Part shown: piece after piece, positions 20,765 through 32,600 of the stretch
Layout: every line of letters starts with the position of its first letter
Position numbering within the stretch: position 1 is the first letter of the stretch
DNA from: Barthelona sp. PCE
Taxonomy: Eukaryota
Direction of reading: 5' to 3'
Length of the DNA stretch: 64,000 bases
NCBI GenBank assembly: GCA_040285745.1
Contig: JAUFOR010000001.1
Span: forward strand, 248,001 to 312,000
Position numbers and translations under genes: made by a program
Notes under the pieces: model-generated
Database searches by the model: none
What the model saw: only the letters and a program-made list of their open reading frames with translations
What the model was told of the DNA's origin: nothing

Positions 20765-20853
20765 TTATGACATTAAAATAATTAAAAAGCAGTCAGTTTG
20801 TGTTAATAAAGAAAAAATGAAAAATTTTACAAACAATTCAGCTGTCTGACATT

Positions 20854-21741
20854 CTAAATCATAAAGGCAAGATCTCTGTTGGCAAGACCATCACCAAAAT
20901 AACATCCTAAGTAAACAGAAGAGTTGACAACGTTGGAGAAAACAAATCCAGGCCACTTCAAGTTAACAATGTAGATACAATTACGAACAGAATCATAGTT
21001 CAGGTTCCAGCTTGATGTTAAAGCATCATCCAAGACTAAGGAATCCATGAATTCAACAGCAGCATCTAGTTGAGTTTGTGCACTACTTGCTGTGCTTGTC
21101 TTTTCACGGTTGTGGAAGTAATAGCCGAGATCCTTACATTTCTCCAGAGGAAGACCATTGTATGTGGGGTTCTGTCTGACGATATCAGAAACTAAATCTT
21201 TAATAAGAGCGCCACGAGGAACAATGTCATTGTCGTAGCTGATGAGGCTGAATACGTATGCGAGTCTCACTGCCTCTGTTACATCATTAGGATTTGGCTT
21301 ATCCTCATCCTCTTCTTCTTCTTCTTCTTCTTCTTCCTCGCCTTCTTCTTTCTCAGGTTTAGGCTCGGGTTCGGGCTTAGGACCAGGGTATATGTAACTG
21401 GGATCACCCCTGAAAGGTACATCGATCATCTTTGCGTTTTGAGCATTAACTTCAGAAAATTGTGGCATCATAACCCAATCCATGCAGTTGTGACTAAATG
21501 TAAGGTGAATATGTTGTTTAAATGGTTAAAAATACGAATAAAATGCTTGTTTCTCAGAGTTCTTGGTTTTTCCTTCGACAATAAAGTAATCCTTGTACAG
21601 ACCGGAAATTTTACCCCAAAATTTTACGTCAACAAGGTGATATGAGTCTCTAAGAATGGGCAATGACAACCTTAAAGCTGCCTTATGCTCAGGACTAAGG
21701 ACACATCCGTACGTTTCTAATAGCTCCAAATCGTGAATCAT
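20854..21741 (-). CDS. RSPH9: Radial spoke head protein 9; exons 21741-21536, 21493-20854
   Basis: G..LSPE.KAAL..SL, FWGKISG..KDYFI, F.GDPSY, IVPRGA, LKWPG, YFGDG..NRDLAFM; two ORFs joined by a 42-nt intron. Confidence 0.92.
21494..21535 (-). other. Spliceosomal intron of RSPH9 (42 nt)
   Basis: Minus strand GTATTT...CCTTACATTTAG; contains a stop; removal gives FYS|HNCMDW in frame. Confidence 0.9.
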
Positions 21742-22638
21742 GATTCAATATCAAGCAATGATCTGCGTGAAAGAAAAGCGAGATAAGTTAGGAAAGCAAA
21801 ATCAAGTTTTACCTCTTCTTTTTGAATGCTGTTTTGGTGGGAGATCTTTTAGACATTTCACCTGTTTAGTGCGCTGGAAATTCAGACGAAAACAAAATAA
21901 AACAAAGAGAAAATTTTTATTATACCAAACATCATTATTGTGCACATATGAACATATAAAAACCATGAACAGAGGTTTTGTATCCCAGGAACACTCTTCA
22001 AATATCAATTCATCCACTAAAAAAATATCAATGACGCAAAAAGCATCAAAATCGACATGCAAGAAAAATCTGCCCCATCTTATCAACACATATACCCATT
22101 TTGAATGCTCTTACCCAGTAAAACAAATGAAACTTTCAGAAAAGGGTTGAAAAAAGTACAACTAATTTATTTTTGCTAATACACTTCTCTTTAGTGGGTA
22201 AATATAACTGCAGATGTGTGTAGAAGGAGTTGTTCCATAATTTTTTTTGATACTGCACAAACTTTATTTTCACCTTTTATACAATTGTTTTTAGGGTTAA
22301 ACATGGGCAACCATCGCATAGGATAGGGTTTTGAAATCAGAACGTTTGTAATATAAAGTTTAAGTGTACCAGCGTATTTTGTTCATTGTACCAATGATTT
22401 TCTTCAAATCATACTGCATTTAAGGGTATAATATAGATCAGGGGCCTCATTTCCATGACAAAATAAGTGAACCAATGATTCATTATCCATAATTCATTTT
22501 CTCTTCTTAATAAAAATGTAGAGCTCTTTTTTTATGTAACTTACGTTCGTTATATCTCCAACGAGCGTTTCAGAGTTGAGACACCCGCCTCTATTAACAT
22601 AACTTCTTCTTTTCACTTTCTCCACTCTTTGACTTATA

Positions 22639-23075
22639 ATGGTATGAATCTTAAGCATCTGCCGTGTCTAGACTCTTACATTTAGGTTTTCAAGCGTTTC
22701 TTCGAGGTTGGTCGCCTTTGCCTCGTAAATTACGGCCAAAACAGTGGCAAGCTGGGCCTTGTCATTGATATTATCGATGCCAACCGTGTCATCTTCGGTT
22801 TCGAGAGCGGCGAGCGTGCCGTTGTTCCCACCAAGCGTCTCACATTGACTCCTCAAGTTGTTACCATGCCCAGAGGTGTCCGTACCGCCAAGCTGTTAAA
22901 GATTGCCGATGAGACCAAGGTTTTCAAGCAGTTCCACGAATCCAAGTGGGGTCAGCGTCGCGTTGCCGCTGAGAAGAAGAGATCTCTCAACGATTTCGAG
23001 AAGTTCGCTGCTATGGTCGAGCGTCGCGAGCGTGCCAAGCTCATTAACCGCAAGGTTAAGGAGCTCAAGCAGTAA
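22639..23075 (+). CDS. RPL14: 60S ribosomal protein L14 (eL14); exons 22639-22641, 22686-23075
   Basis: Spliced MVFKRFFEVGRLCLVNYG..GKLGLVIDIIDANRV; LNDFEKF; high-expression codon bias. Confidence 0.95.
22642..22685 (+). other. Spliceosomal intron of RPL14 (44 nt), immediately after the ATG
   Basis: ATG|GTATGA...TCTTACATTTAG|GTT. Confidence 0.92.
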
Positions 23076-23196
23076 TTTATTAAGGACTTGTTGAAAGACA
23101 CTTGTCAGTAAATCGGAGCTGGTTTTATACTCTATTTTTTATTAAATTGGAACCAACATATCTACATTATCACATTAAGTGAGTTAAATAATGAAA

Positions 23197-25041
23197 TTAA
23201 AAAGCAAAAACTGCAGCTTCGCGTTTTCGTTCAGCTTTATCCTCCATTAGCTCCTTATACTTTAAGAAAGCAATGATGATGCCCAGCACAGCCAAACAGA
23301 TCAATGTGACAACTAAAATGAAAACCCAATTTGAAGAAGGAGTTACAAATAACTCTAAAAACCAAAAAGTGGGGTTATTCCATGGATATGGGAAGATATA
23401 CACTCTTCCCTTGGGAACAATAGTGTTCCACGCGCCTACATAATTCTGTGAAGAACTGGGGACACCAATAACGAGCTCATCAATATAATTACCTTCCTGG
23501 CCTAATCCAAAAATTGTGTGGGGCAACGGACTTACTCCAAACGTGCTTTGTATCATCTGCATGCCCTGGACAACACGCTTCATGCCAAAGAGATCAGTGT
23601 ATGTGAATTTGATAGAGACACCGGGAGAAAATGCACCATATGGTTTTCCGTGAGGGAATCTTGACTCACCAATGTGGTTGTATCTGACTCCATCCAGAAC
23701 TGAAACACGCATAAATAAAGGTGCTGCATCAACCCAAGGAGCAAAAACTCGGATTCCACCACTTTCGGTCTCAATTAGTGGTGCAAGTCTTGCATCGTAG
23801 TTAAAATCATAGAATTTGACTGCAACAGCATTGTCAACCGTTCGTAATGACGTGTAAGAGTCAACCAGATGATACTCAATACCGTTCCTAATCTCAAAAA
23901 CAGTAACAAAGGTATCCAACGATGTGGTGTTCTTGAGCACAACAGAGAGGTCGGGTGTTCTGTCAAGTGTGAGATCTCCAAGTTGCAGGATGACAGGATG
24001 ATTGGGTTTTGCATAGAACTCCAAATCAGAAGGGAGATCAAATGTTCTGTCTGGATGAGTAAAGTTCATCTTGAACCAGGTCTTTGAACACAAATCATCA
24101 CGACACTGAGTCTCAATGATGCTCAACCCACACATTGGCATCTGTGTGTTGAAAATGGTATGAAGCTTATTGGTTTCAGTATTGGCAAAGACCGCATCAA
24201 TGGTTCCATCACTGTCCACATCAACGAAACTGGGCGACTGAGTCCCCTTTGGCATCTCAACAGTGAAATTGTGAGTGAAACGACTACCAGTATTCTGCCA
24301 GAGTTGGAAAAATGGACACTTCCCGGAGGTACCAGTACAATCTCCCTCTCGGACGACAAACAAGTCTGCGAGGCAGTCACCAGTCAGATCTACAAAGGCA
24401 TGACGACCAGTTGCTGCTAGAGGAAGAACATCTTCGTCACAGTCGTTACACAAAGCACTGAACTCAAATTGGTTCGAATTGACCCAGAATCCAGTTTGGC
24501 GCTCATTTCCGTCCACGTCAGCACGTTCTCCGAAAAGATCAAACCGAGAATTACCACCATAGTTAACAATCGTTGGACGACCATACGCATGATCGAATGA
24601 AATATCAGATTTAGAGAAGTTGAGGTACTTGTACGAGTACATGTCCCACATTTCCATTGTTGTTACTGTTTTTGTTTCAATTGTATTCTTTAACAACAAT
24701 ATCATTGATAAAGTACCGGAAAACGTAAAATCACCGACAATTACATCAAGGATCTCTGTTCCTTGGGATGCTGTAAATGAACTACCGGGATTATGCTTAT
24801 ATTTACCCAAATTTGTATCGTAAAGGTAGATATCAATATCTAATCCGTTCACAATGACAGCACTGGCTGCTCTGCTGTTCTCAAAGTCCGCAAATGCTGC
24901 AATACGGCCTGTAACACTCTCTAATCCCGATGTGCATTCTAAATAATCGTTGTTATCGGTATCATGTGACTTGCAGTTCTCAAGCAGTCCGAAGCAAACC
25001 TGCACACATGCCACAAACAAAAAAAGCTTTAACCAGCTCAT
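23197..25041 (-). CDS. ITFG1: ITFG1/TIP/LINKIN-like FG-GAP type I membrane protein
   Basis: Signal peptide, AFVDLTGDCLADLF, DVDSDGTID, PHTIFGLG..NYID, single TM, tail EDKAERKREAAVFAF. Confidence 0.88.
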   Translation of the reverse strand: MSWLKLFLFVACVQVCFGLLENCKSHDTDNNDYLECTSGLESVTGRIAAFADFENSRAASAVIVNGLDIDIYLYDTNLGKYKHNPGSSFTASQGTEILDVIVGDFTFSGTLSMILLLKNTIETKTVTTMEMWDMYSYKYLNFSKSDISFDHAYGRPTIVNYGGNSRFDLFGERADVDGNERQTGFWVNSNQFEFSALCNDCDEDVLPLAATGRHAFVDLTGDCLADLFVVREGDCTGTSGKCPFFQLWQNTGSRFTHNFTVEMPKGTQSPSFVDVDSDGTIDAVFANTETNKLHTIFNTQMPMCGLSIIETQCRDDLCSKTWFKMNFTHPDRTFDLPSDLEFYAKPNHPVILQLGDLTLDRTPDLSVVLKNTTSLDTFVTVFEIRNGIEYHLVDSYTSLRTVDNAVAVKFYDFNYDARLAPLIETESGGIRVFAPWVDAAPLFMRVSVLDGVRYNHIGESRFPHGKPYGAFSPGVSIKFTYTDLFGMKRVVQGMQMIQSTFGVSPLPHTIFGLGQEGNYIDELVIGVPSSSQNYVGAWNTIVPKGRVYIFPYPWNNPTFWFLELFVTPSSNWVFILVVTLICLAVLGIIIAFLKYKELMEDKAERKREAAVFAF

Positions 25042-25555
25042 CAAAAAAGTCGAATTTGTGAAAACAAGAATATTATGACTTTTTTACAAGGTGAGGCGGT
25101 TTAAATAGTAAATAGAGAACGAAAATCCATGATTTGTTGAAAGTGTAAACAATTCCAAAAAAGCTCATTTTTGTACAATCTAAGCATTTAAAAAACACGC
25201 TATGGTTATATATTGCGATAAAATATGCAGGACAAACCGTATTTATTGCGACAGATATGGCACAATCAAAGAACAAGATAAATACTATAGCATTCGGCGT
25301 ATAATTGATATACTAAAAAAAATACCCGTGTAAAAGGGTTATAATTTAGAATACACCACATGTGATCGAGATTAATCCTCTTACAATTCAAGGAAAGATG
25401 TTGTTCTTGAATACTCTCACCTACTTTAATTCAATTCAATCGAACTCATTCATCAAGATCATTGCGCAATCAGGAAGCATATAGAGTCGCACAAACAAGA
25501 AAGTACCAAACATCATTGTTTGGTATTACTTTTATCTCCCTTACACAGCTCAAAT

Positions 25556-27746
25556 ATGATGTACACCTTCAGCGAAGTACTAGAACTCTTCGTTGAGACA
25601 GATGAAAGACCAGAGCTAAAAGAAGATCTCAAAGCTTTTGGTTTCGAGATTTTCACGCGTGAAGCAATCAAACCATTCTCCTTTTTCGACTTCGACATGG
25701 AAGCTGTATGTATTAACCACACCTAAGCATAGTTGCGCACATTGTGGTCCCTTTTTTATTTTAGCTAACCTTTAGGCATTGAAGAAAGCTCAGCAAGAAA
25801 ACCAGAAAAACTCTAGAAACTCGTATAGAAAGGGTAAGAAGCGTGGATCACGCCGAGAATACAATCGTGACCGTCATGAGCCAAAACAGCAAGTCCAAGG
25901 TAAGAACTTAAAGAAGTTCCAATTGCCAACTAACAACCAGGCCGGGCTCATTGGTGAGCTTGAGGAAACGAGTTTCCAAATGTCAAAAGTTGAAAAGAAA
26001 GAGGTGGCCGTAGAAGGGTGCTGGTTTTACAAGGATGATGACAATAACGTTCAGGGACCTTGGGATTCTGCATCCATGGACCGCTGGTATGCTAGTGGAT
26101 ACTTCCATAATCTGATTTTATTGCGATATAAGAACGATGCAGCTTTTACTTCTCTTGAAGCTCGATTTTCTGGTTTCGATGGTGTTTCATTCGTCGAGGC
26201 AGAACAACGTTGCAAACAGCGTGGTAAGAAAAAGCCCAAGAAGCAACAACCCAAAATAGTTGCACAGAAACCAGTTGTTGTTGAAAAACCAGTTGAAGAA
26301 AAAGCAGAAAAGGAAGAACCTGCCTTTGGTGCGTTCTCGTCCTTCATGGAGCCAAACAAGCCTCTCTCCTTTGATTTTAACGCAAACCAAAACGATTCTT
26401 TCTGGGACAGCAAGCCGTCCTTCAGTTTCGGTTCAATGCAACCAGCTGATGTACCTTCTACCATTGTGCCAGATAGAAACTTAAAAGATGTATTCTTCGA
26501 GTCACCTGTCGCTGAGCAGCCAGCTATTGAAGTTGAGCCTAAAGTTGATCAAGTTGAAAAACCAGCTGAAAAACCCATGCGCGTTATCGTGCCGGATCCC
26601 GAACCTATCAAACCTCGCAAGAAGAAGAAGAAGAAGAACAAGCAGCAACACGAACAGTCCTTCTCCAACAATGACCTTCCTGCTGCTAATCGAGCCAAGA
26701 ACGTCACCAAACCAGCTCCCAAGAAGACGACCGAGGGAATCGTTGTCCCAAAGGCGGTCATCACTGAGAAACCAATGACGAAGGTTGAGAAGATTCAAGC
26801 CCATGCCAGTAACGTTGTAGTTAGCAAGGTGAGCAAACCGTCCAAGAATTTACTCCCTGCGATATTTGGAAACTCGCCCAGCACTCCCATCACAGCAGGC
26901 AACAAGTATTCATCAAACACGACACCAAACAACGCTGGTGCCAAGTTTTCGTCAAAGGTGAAGGTGATGAAGGTCAAGCCCACCGCTCACCAATTCTCAA
27001 CGGCTGATTTCTTCCCTGGAATGAATGCTTCACCTACGCCAGTTAAGAAGCAAGCGGGTATCAGAGCAGCCGAGACGACATCTATTAAGTCGATGCAGGA
27101 AGAGGCCAAGCGAACCAAGAAAGTTGTCAAGAAACCCGCACCTGTAGCAGCAGGACCGAAGAAAGTGAAAGTCACCCGCGTTCAGAAGCAGCCCAAGCCT
27201 ACCGGTACGATTGCATCCCTCGCATCTCGTCTTTCACAGAAGGCGCCTGCCGTTAACGTTGAGAAGCCCAAACCCAAGCCAAAGAAGCCTATCATCAACG
27301 TTCGTGTTGGAGAAATTGAAGTTCATAGACAACCCAAACCATCTGCCAAGAAGCCTGTCGTTGTTCGCAATGTCACTGTATCCCGTGCCAAGAAACCAGT
27401 TGTTGTTGCCGTTGAGAAGCCTGCTCAGGTTCGTTCTACAAAGAGAAGCAACCGTAAAGGTGTCGATTTGAACTCCGATTTGTGGTCTGCCAACAAACCA
27501 AAGAAGACAACAAAGAAGACTCTCGAGTATAATTCCCTCTCTGACCCTTTCAAACGTTGGATTAGAACTGAATTAACCAGTTTATCAAGCGGAAAACTTG
27601 ATATCGACATTAACACTTTTATCGATATGGTTCTACCCATGGATGACAGCACAACTCAAACGTTATGCATGCAGACTCTGCGTGGTCGTAAAGATAGAGT
27701 TCGAGAGTTTACTACTGAGTTTATCAGGCGTCGTAACTTTGAATAA
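25556..27746 (+). CDS. GIGYF/Smy2-like GYF-domain protein; exons 25556-25705, 25776-27746
   Basis: GYF domain WFYKDD..VQGPW..MDRWYASGYF; GIGYF-type C-terminus F.RW...DINTF...EF..EF.RRR; N-terminal YTFSEVLELF. Confidence 0.85.
25706..25775 (+). other. Spliceosomal intron of the GYF gene (70 nt)
   Basis: GTATGT...GCTAACCTTTAG; phase 0, joins MEA|ALKKAQ and supplies the ATG missing from the 655-aa ORF. Confidence 0.88.
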
Positions 27747-27761
27747 AAATTTTCCTTTTGA

Positions 27762-28586
27762 TTACTCAAATTCAGGATACCACCATTGTTGATTAGCTAT
27801 ATATTCATAGAAAAGGCGTGCAATTTCATCCAGATCAGTCGAAATCTCAATTTGCGTTTGACACATTATTTCGACAAATACTCGTCTACTATCATACAAA
27901 TCATCAATGACGATCTCATCTAGCCTGTTGTAGACCTCCAGTTCTGTAAGGTCGAGATCAAAAACGTTCTTGATCTGATACTCTATTCCTGCAATAATAT
28001 CAAACGTAATATTTGTTAAGAGGCTCAGATAATCTATGGGCATGTGTTTTGAGAGTTTAACTGCTTTCACAGCTGTGAGACGATTTGCTTTTTTGCCAAA
28101 CAGCGTTTTTTTTAAAACTGACATTGATAATTCGTCACTTTTAAATAAAGGGGAATCCCATTTGTGGTAGGAACGCGGCCTTTCCACGCGCTTGCATACA
28201 TCTACTAGATAAGAAAGCTCATACCTGTCAGCTTCATCCTCTGGGAAAGACTCAGGTTCATCTTTATACTCTGAATCACAAAAAACTGTGCAGAATGTGC
28301 TGCTAACGGCCCTTGCGACGCAGAAAAGTTCATATCTAAATCCCTTTATAAAGTTATTACTGTCAACTATGCAAAATGATTCTCCATTAACCATTTGAGT
28401 TTCTGCAGCTGACCTCAAAGCAAAATTTAGCGAAAATTCGTTTGTCAGATCGAAACTATCCACATTCAAACTCTCTGCATTTATCAAACTTACATTATGC
28501 CCTCTTTCCTCAAAGAATTCTTTAATCTGTGTCGCAACCGTCGTTTTTCCTGAGCGGGGGTACCCACACACCGTAATAAACGGCAT
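27762..28586 (-). CDS. KTI12: KTI12 (Elongator-associated P-loop protein)
   Basis: MPFITVCGYPRSGKTT, IVDSNNFIKGFRYELFC.AR, WDSPLF. Confidence 0.93.
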   Translation of the reverse strand: MPFITVCGYPRSGKTTVATQIKEFFEERGHNVSLINAESLNVDSFDLTNEFSLNFALRSAAETQMVNGESFCIVDSNNFIKGFRYELFCVARAVSSTFCTVFCDSEYKDEPESFPEDEADRYELSYLVDVCKRVERPRSYHKWDSPLFKSDELSMSVLKKTLFGKKANRLTAVKAVKLSKHMPIDYLSLLTNITFDIIAGIEYQIKNVFDLDLTELEVYNRLDEIVIDDLYDSRRVFVEIMCQTQIEISTDLDEIARLFYEYIANQQWWYPEFE

Positions 28587-28619
28587 AAAATTGGAAAGGA
28601 GTTGAAAAAAATTTTACAC

Positions 28620-29567
28620 CTATTCAGTTGTTGGATCACCTTCTTCAGCAGTTTCCATTTTTGCTTCTTCCTCCTCGTCCTTGGGGGCTTCAACAGGTTC
28701 TTCAACAGTGTTCTCAGAAACAATCTCTTCCTGCTTCTCCATCTCTTTAGATGGGATAGTTGCATCGAGGGAATAATCGGCAGATGGCTCAACAGCTTCT
28801 TCCTCCTTCTTCTCCATATTCTCCTTCAATTCTTTCAACTCACTAAGCTCAGCATCAGCTTTTTTCAGTTGATGTTCGAATGTCTCAATCGAATCATCAA
28901 AAGTGAGATTAGCCATGTTCTTGATACTCTCTATCTTTTTTTGCATATCTCTGACAAATTCTTCATTCTGTTTAAATAATTCACGCTCAAACGAATCCTT
29001 TTGTCTTTCAAACTCATCATTTAGATCCTCCAATGTTATGATAGGGGCTGAATTGTATTGAATCTCTCCCTCATCCATCTCTTCTCCTTCTTCTCCTTTA
29101 GGAAGAGCAGTAACTGATACACTATTCAAAATACGTAATTTGGGTAATTTAACACGTAATTGCATCATCAAATGGTCGTTCTCGCTTATGGGGTTGCTGT
29201 TCAGATTCAGTACTTCAAGATTCGATGGAAGAAGAGAAGGTTCCAATGTTAAAATTTGATTTGAGCTCAAATCAAGTTCCTTCAAGTTAATGAGCGCACT
29301 GATGTCGTTCACGAGCTTGATCTCGTTGTTGCAAATTTTAAGTTCCTCAAGATTGGGCAAAAAATAAAGGTTTTCTAGTTTTTGGATGGTGTTATCGCTT
29401 AAATCGAGTGTGCGAAGACGTGAGTAGACTTCAAGATTGTCAATCTTCTCAATGTGTTTGTTTGAAAGGTTAAGCTCTTCAATCTTTAGCAATTCATTCA
29501 CGAAACTTTGTCTGTCAGAATGGTCGATGCCACAGCACTCGGCTACAAGCTTGAAATCAATCTCCAT
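28620..29567 (-). CDS. SDS22-type leucine-rich repeat protein with acidic coiled-coil tail
   Basis: LNLSNKHIEKIDNL, LDLSDNTIQKLENL, LDLSSNQI, LNLNSNPI, LPKLRILN cap. Confidence 0.85.
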   Translation of the reverse strand: MEIDFKLVAECCGIDHSDRQSFVNELLKIEELNLSNKHIEKIDNLEVYSRLRTLDLSDNTIQKLENLYFLPNLEELKICNNEIKLVNDISALINLKELDLSSNQILTLEPSLLPSNLEVLNLNSNPISENDHLMMQLRVKLPKLRILNSVSVTALPKGEEGEEMDEGEIQYNSAPIITLEDLNDEFERQKDSFERELFKQNEEFVRDMQKKIESIKNMANLTFDDSIETFEHQLKKADAELSELKELKENMEKKEEEAVEPSADYSLDATIPSKEMEKQEEIVSENTVEEPVEAPKDEEEEAKMETAEEGDPTTE

Positions 29568-29671
29568 TGATATTCTTTTGTTGGAAATAGAACGCAAACG
29601 GTAAAACAACAAAACAATTCGTTAAACTGCTTAACACCCCTTTTCTATATATTTTTATTTGCAAAGATGTC

Positions 29672-32600
29672 ATGATCCGCTTACAAACGCCCCTATTTTG
29701 GACAATATGTCTTTTAGCATTATGTAATGCAGTTATACACACTATTGATTGTCAAGACAGTACTGTTATTAACCCACATCTCGTCGACTCATCAGATGTC
29801 GTCTTTTTTGAACTCACAGAGGGTTGTGACGGTAAAAAAGTTTCTTTGTTGAACATTCAAGCTAACAACCTTCATTTTACCCGAAAATCTAAATTTTCAG
29901 ATACCAAAAACTTGGAACTGTTTTTATCAAACATAACAGCCAACAATGTTTCCGTCAGTGATTGTGATTTGATTGCAAAACAGGTTGATTTTCTATTCTC
30001 TTCAAGCAATGATCGTATGGTGACGATAAACTTTGAGGGTGGCACTGTCAACCTCAATTACCTTATCAACCTGAAGATCAATACACATGGTACAACGGTA
30101 ACTTGTTATAATTCATTCTTTGCACAAGTTGCCATTAGCATTTATTCATCAGTTGAACTTTCTTTCGTGTTCATAAATCACGACAGAACAGATACTTCGT
30201 TTGGAATTTTTGATTCCAGTATTCATTTAATGATTTTGAATTCAGAAAGTATCTCGATTCATAACTGTACTGGAACTATTGGAGTTCTAAATTCTGATAA
30301 TTTATTGATAGCACGCAGTTTTATAACAAGTGCATCGTCCAATATTGATACTAAAAGATTCACATTCACAGACGTATCATGGAATGGTACATTTGAGTTA
30401 CGGCAGAGCCATGGATCGATGCTACAAAGATCCACAATGACAAATGTTACAGTCGATGGAAGAGTAACAGTAACGTCATCTGCATTTATAACTTTCAAGA
30501 ATTTAAAAATTTATGACCTAAAAGTATTGGGTGACTCAACAGGACCAACGCATATTTTTGAAGATTGTAGATTTGTGCATTTATCAACAAAATTTTCTTC
30601 CACTATCAAAAGCACAGTAGTTGAAGAAAGTGCTTCATTCATGGGAGAGAAAGACATTTACATACGGTCATCAGAGTTCAATAGTATGACGGGGGTAATC
30701 AAGAAGCTTGAAGTTAGCCGCTCTTTGATGAGAAGATTCATCGTCTCAGCCACGACTGTTTCTTTACACACTGTATTCATTCCATGTTACAATGGGGAAT
30801 GGGTATTGGGCACGAGTGACGCGAGATTGGTTAAAATAGATACGGTAGAGTGCAATGCCAACTCAACATTTTCACTTTTTTCAACTTCACAAATCCACAT
30901 ACAGAATACAAGGGTATCAAAGGAGTCGAGTGTTTACATTGAGAACCTATTATTAGAAAGTTGTATTTTCATAAGTCTTGACAAATTTAACGAGATAAAA
31001 GTTGCACAACTTACAATGCGTCCAGATAAATCAGCGTTTTTGGACTGCTCACGACCGCTTTTCTTTCTGCAGAGCGATGCAATTTTTGAAAATGTCACGA
31101 TCATGTATTCTCGTGTTGCTCTGTTGTCAGGAAACGATGTCAGTGATGCTACGGTTAGTATAAACACAATTTCTGTGTCAAATGCTATTTTCCATTTCGC
31201 CGCTGACGTATCCTTATTATTACACGATGTATTTATCATCAATTCCATTCTTTATGGAGGAAACCCTGTCAAAAGCGAGCATTCATTTGCAAATGAGCAG
31301 ATTATTTTTGACAATGTCGCTTTTTATTCATATAACGATGATGTTATTTCACAAACTATAAGGGACGTTGTTATTTCTGGCCGTGAATTCGACAAATCTT
31401 TGGATCTGGAATGTACAGAGACGGCCCTCGAAGCGTTGTTCATTTCTTCAAACAATAGCTGTCATGATCGTCATACACATAATCTTCGATTTTTAAATAT
31501 TCAAATGAATCATGTAAGATCATGCATCAGTTTCATTAAGAGTTGCGTCGATGTTCGCATCTATAACAGCTCAATCACCAATTCTTTCTTTAGTGGAGCT
31601 ATTTTTCAGAGCGAACAAACCAGAAATGACACTGAAAGTTTTCTTAACAACACCTTAATAAGTAACATTACATTTTCCAGTCCAATGTTCATGGTTGATG
31701 TCAACAATGGTGTTAAGCACGCCTCTTTAGCGTTTTGGCACTCTAGATTTGATGGGATAAAAACCGACACGTCATCAAGTCTTATCCACTGTCGTCACTC
31801 ATGCACGCTTCGGTTTTATCACAGTAAGATCCATGATAGTGAGGGTACTGTAGCTCTGTTTTCCGCGGCCGATGAGTTGGACGTTCATTTCAATTCCGTA
31901 GTGTTCAGTAAGATTAGAACAATAACAGGTTGCACTGCTTACAGTATGAAGCTCGAATTAAGAAATTCAAATATTAGCAATTCTGTTGGTGTTTATTTAA
32001 CTCTTTTCTTTACTTACAACATGCGGTTGAATAATGAAGGAGGAAACATAATCGCACCACGGGTCATCTGCACGCAGTTCCCTCACCCATTTGCTAGTGG
32101 AATAATTCTACGAAACACAACGCATGTATCTCAGGATGACAGTCCTTTTGAAACGCCGTTCTTAACTAATAGATTGATTGAGTTGGTCCCACAATATGCG
32201 CTATTGCCCAACCGAATCAAAAATGTCTTCTTTGTGTCCAGCAACAATGCAAGTTTAAAATCCAATGCAGTCATTGATCAAGATTTTAAGTTTAAGTTCG
32301 ACCATAATTCTAAACCTGCCACTGACAAGGGTGTGTGTTTCTACGCCAGTGAATTTGACTACTTAAGCGTTAACGGCCATGTCATAGACATCACCATTGC
32401 ATATATTCAACGGTTCCTCATCAAAAAATCATTTAGTAATGCAATTTGTACAACTGACCTTAAGATATCAGCATTCTACCACGGAACACTCTTGGTCTTG
32501 GACCACTTCGAGGCAAATTTGTTAGAGCCTAATACAATGAAGCATCTGAATTTTTCAATTTCAAACTGCGATTATGGATACTACAGATTATCAGACTATG

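Noticed and set aside
21311-21350. (TTC)n tract, plus (GT)n at about 18021 and (CAT)n at about 9760
   Set aside because: Short microsatellites encoding poly-Glu or poly-His, or lying just upstream of a start codon; not arrays or mobile elements
21740-22150. 136-aa plus-strand and 95-aa minus-strand ORFs in the RSPH9-RPL14 spacer
   Set aside because: Low-complexity AT-driven composition, no motifs, and overlap with the RSPH9 upstream region
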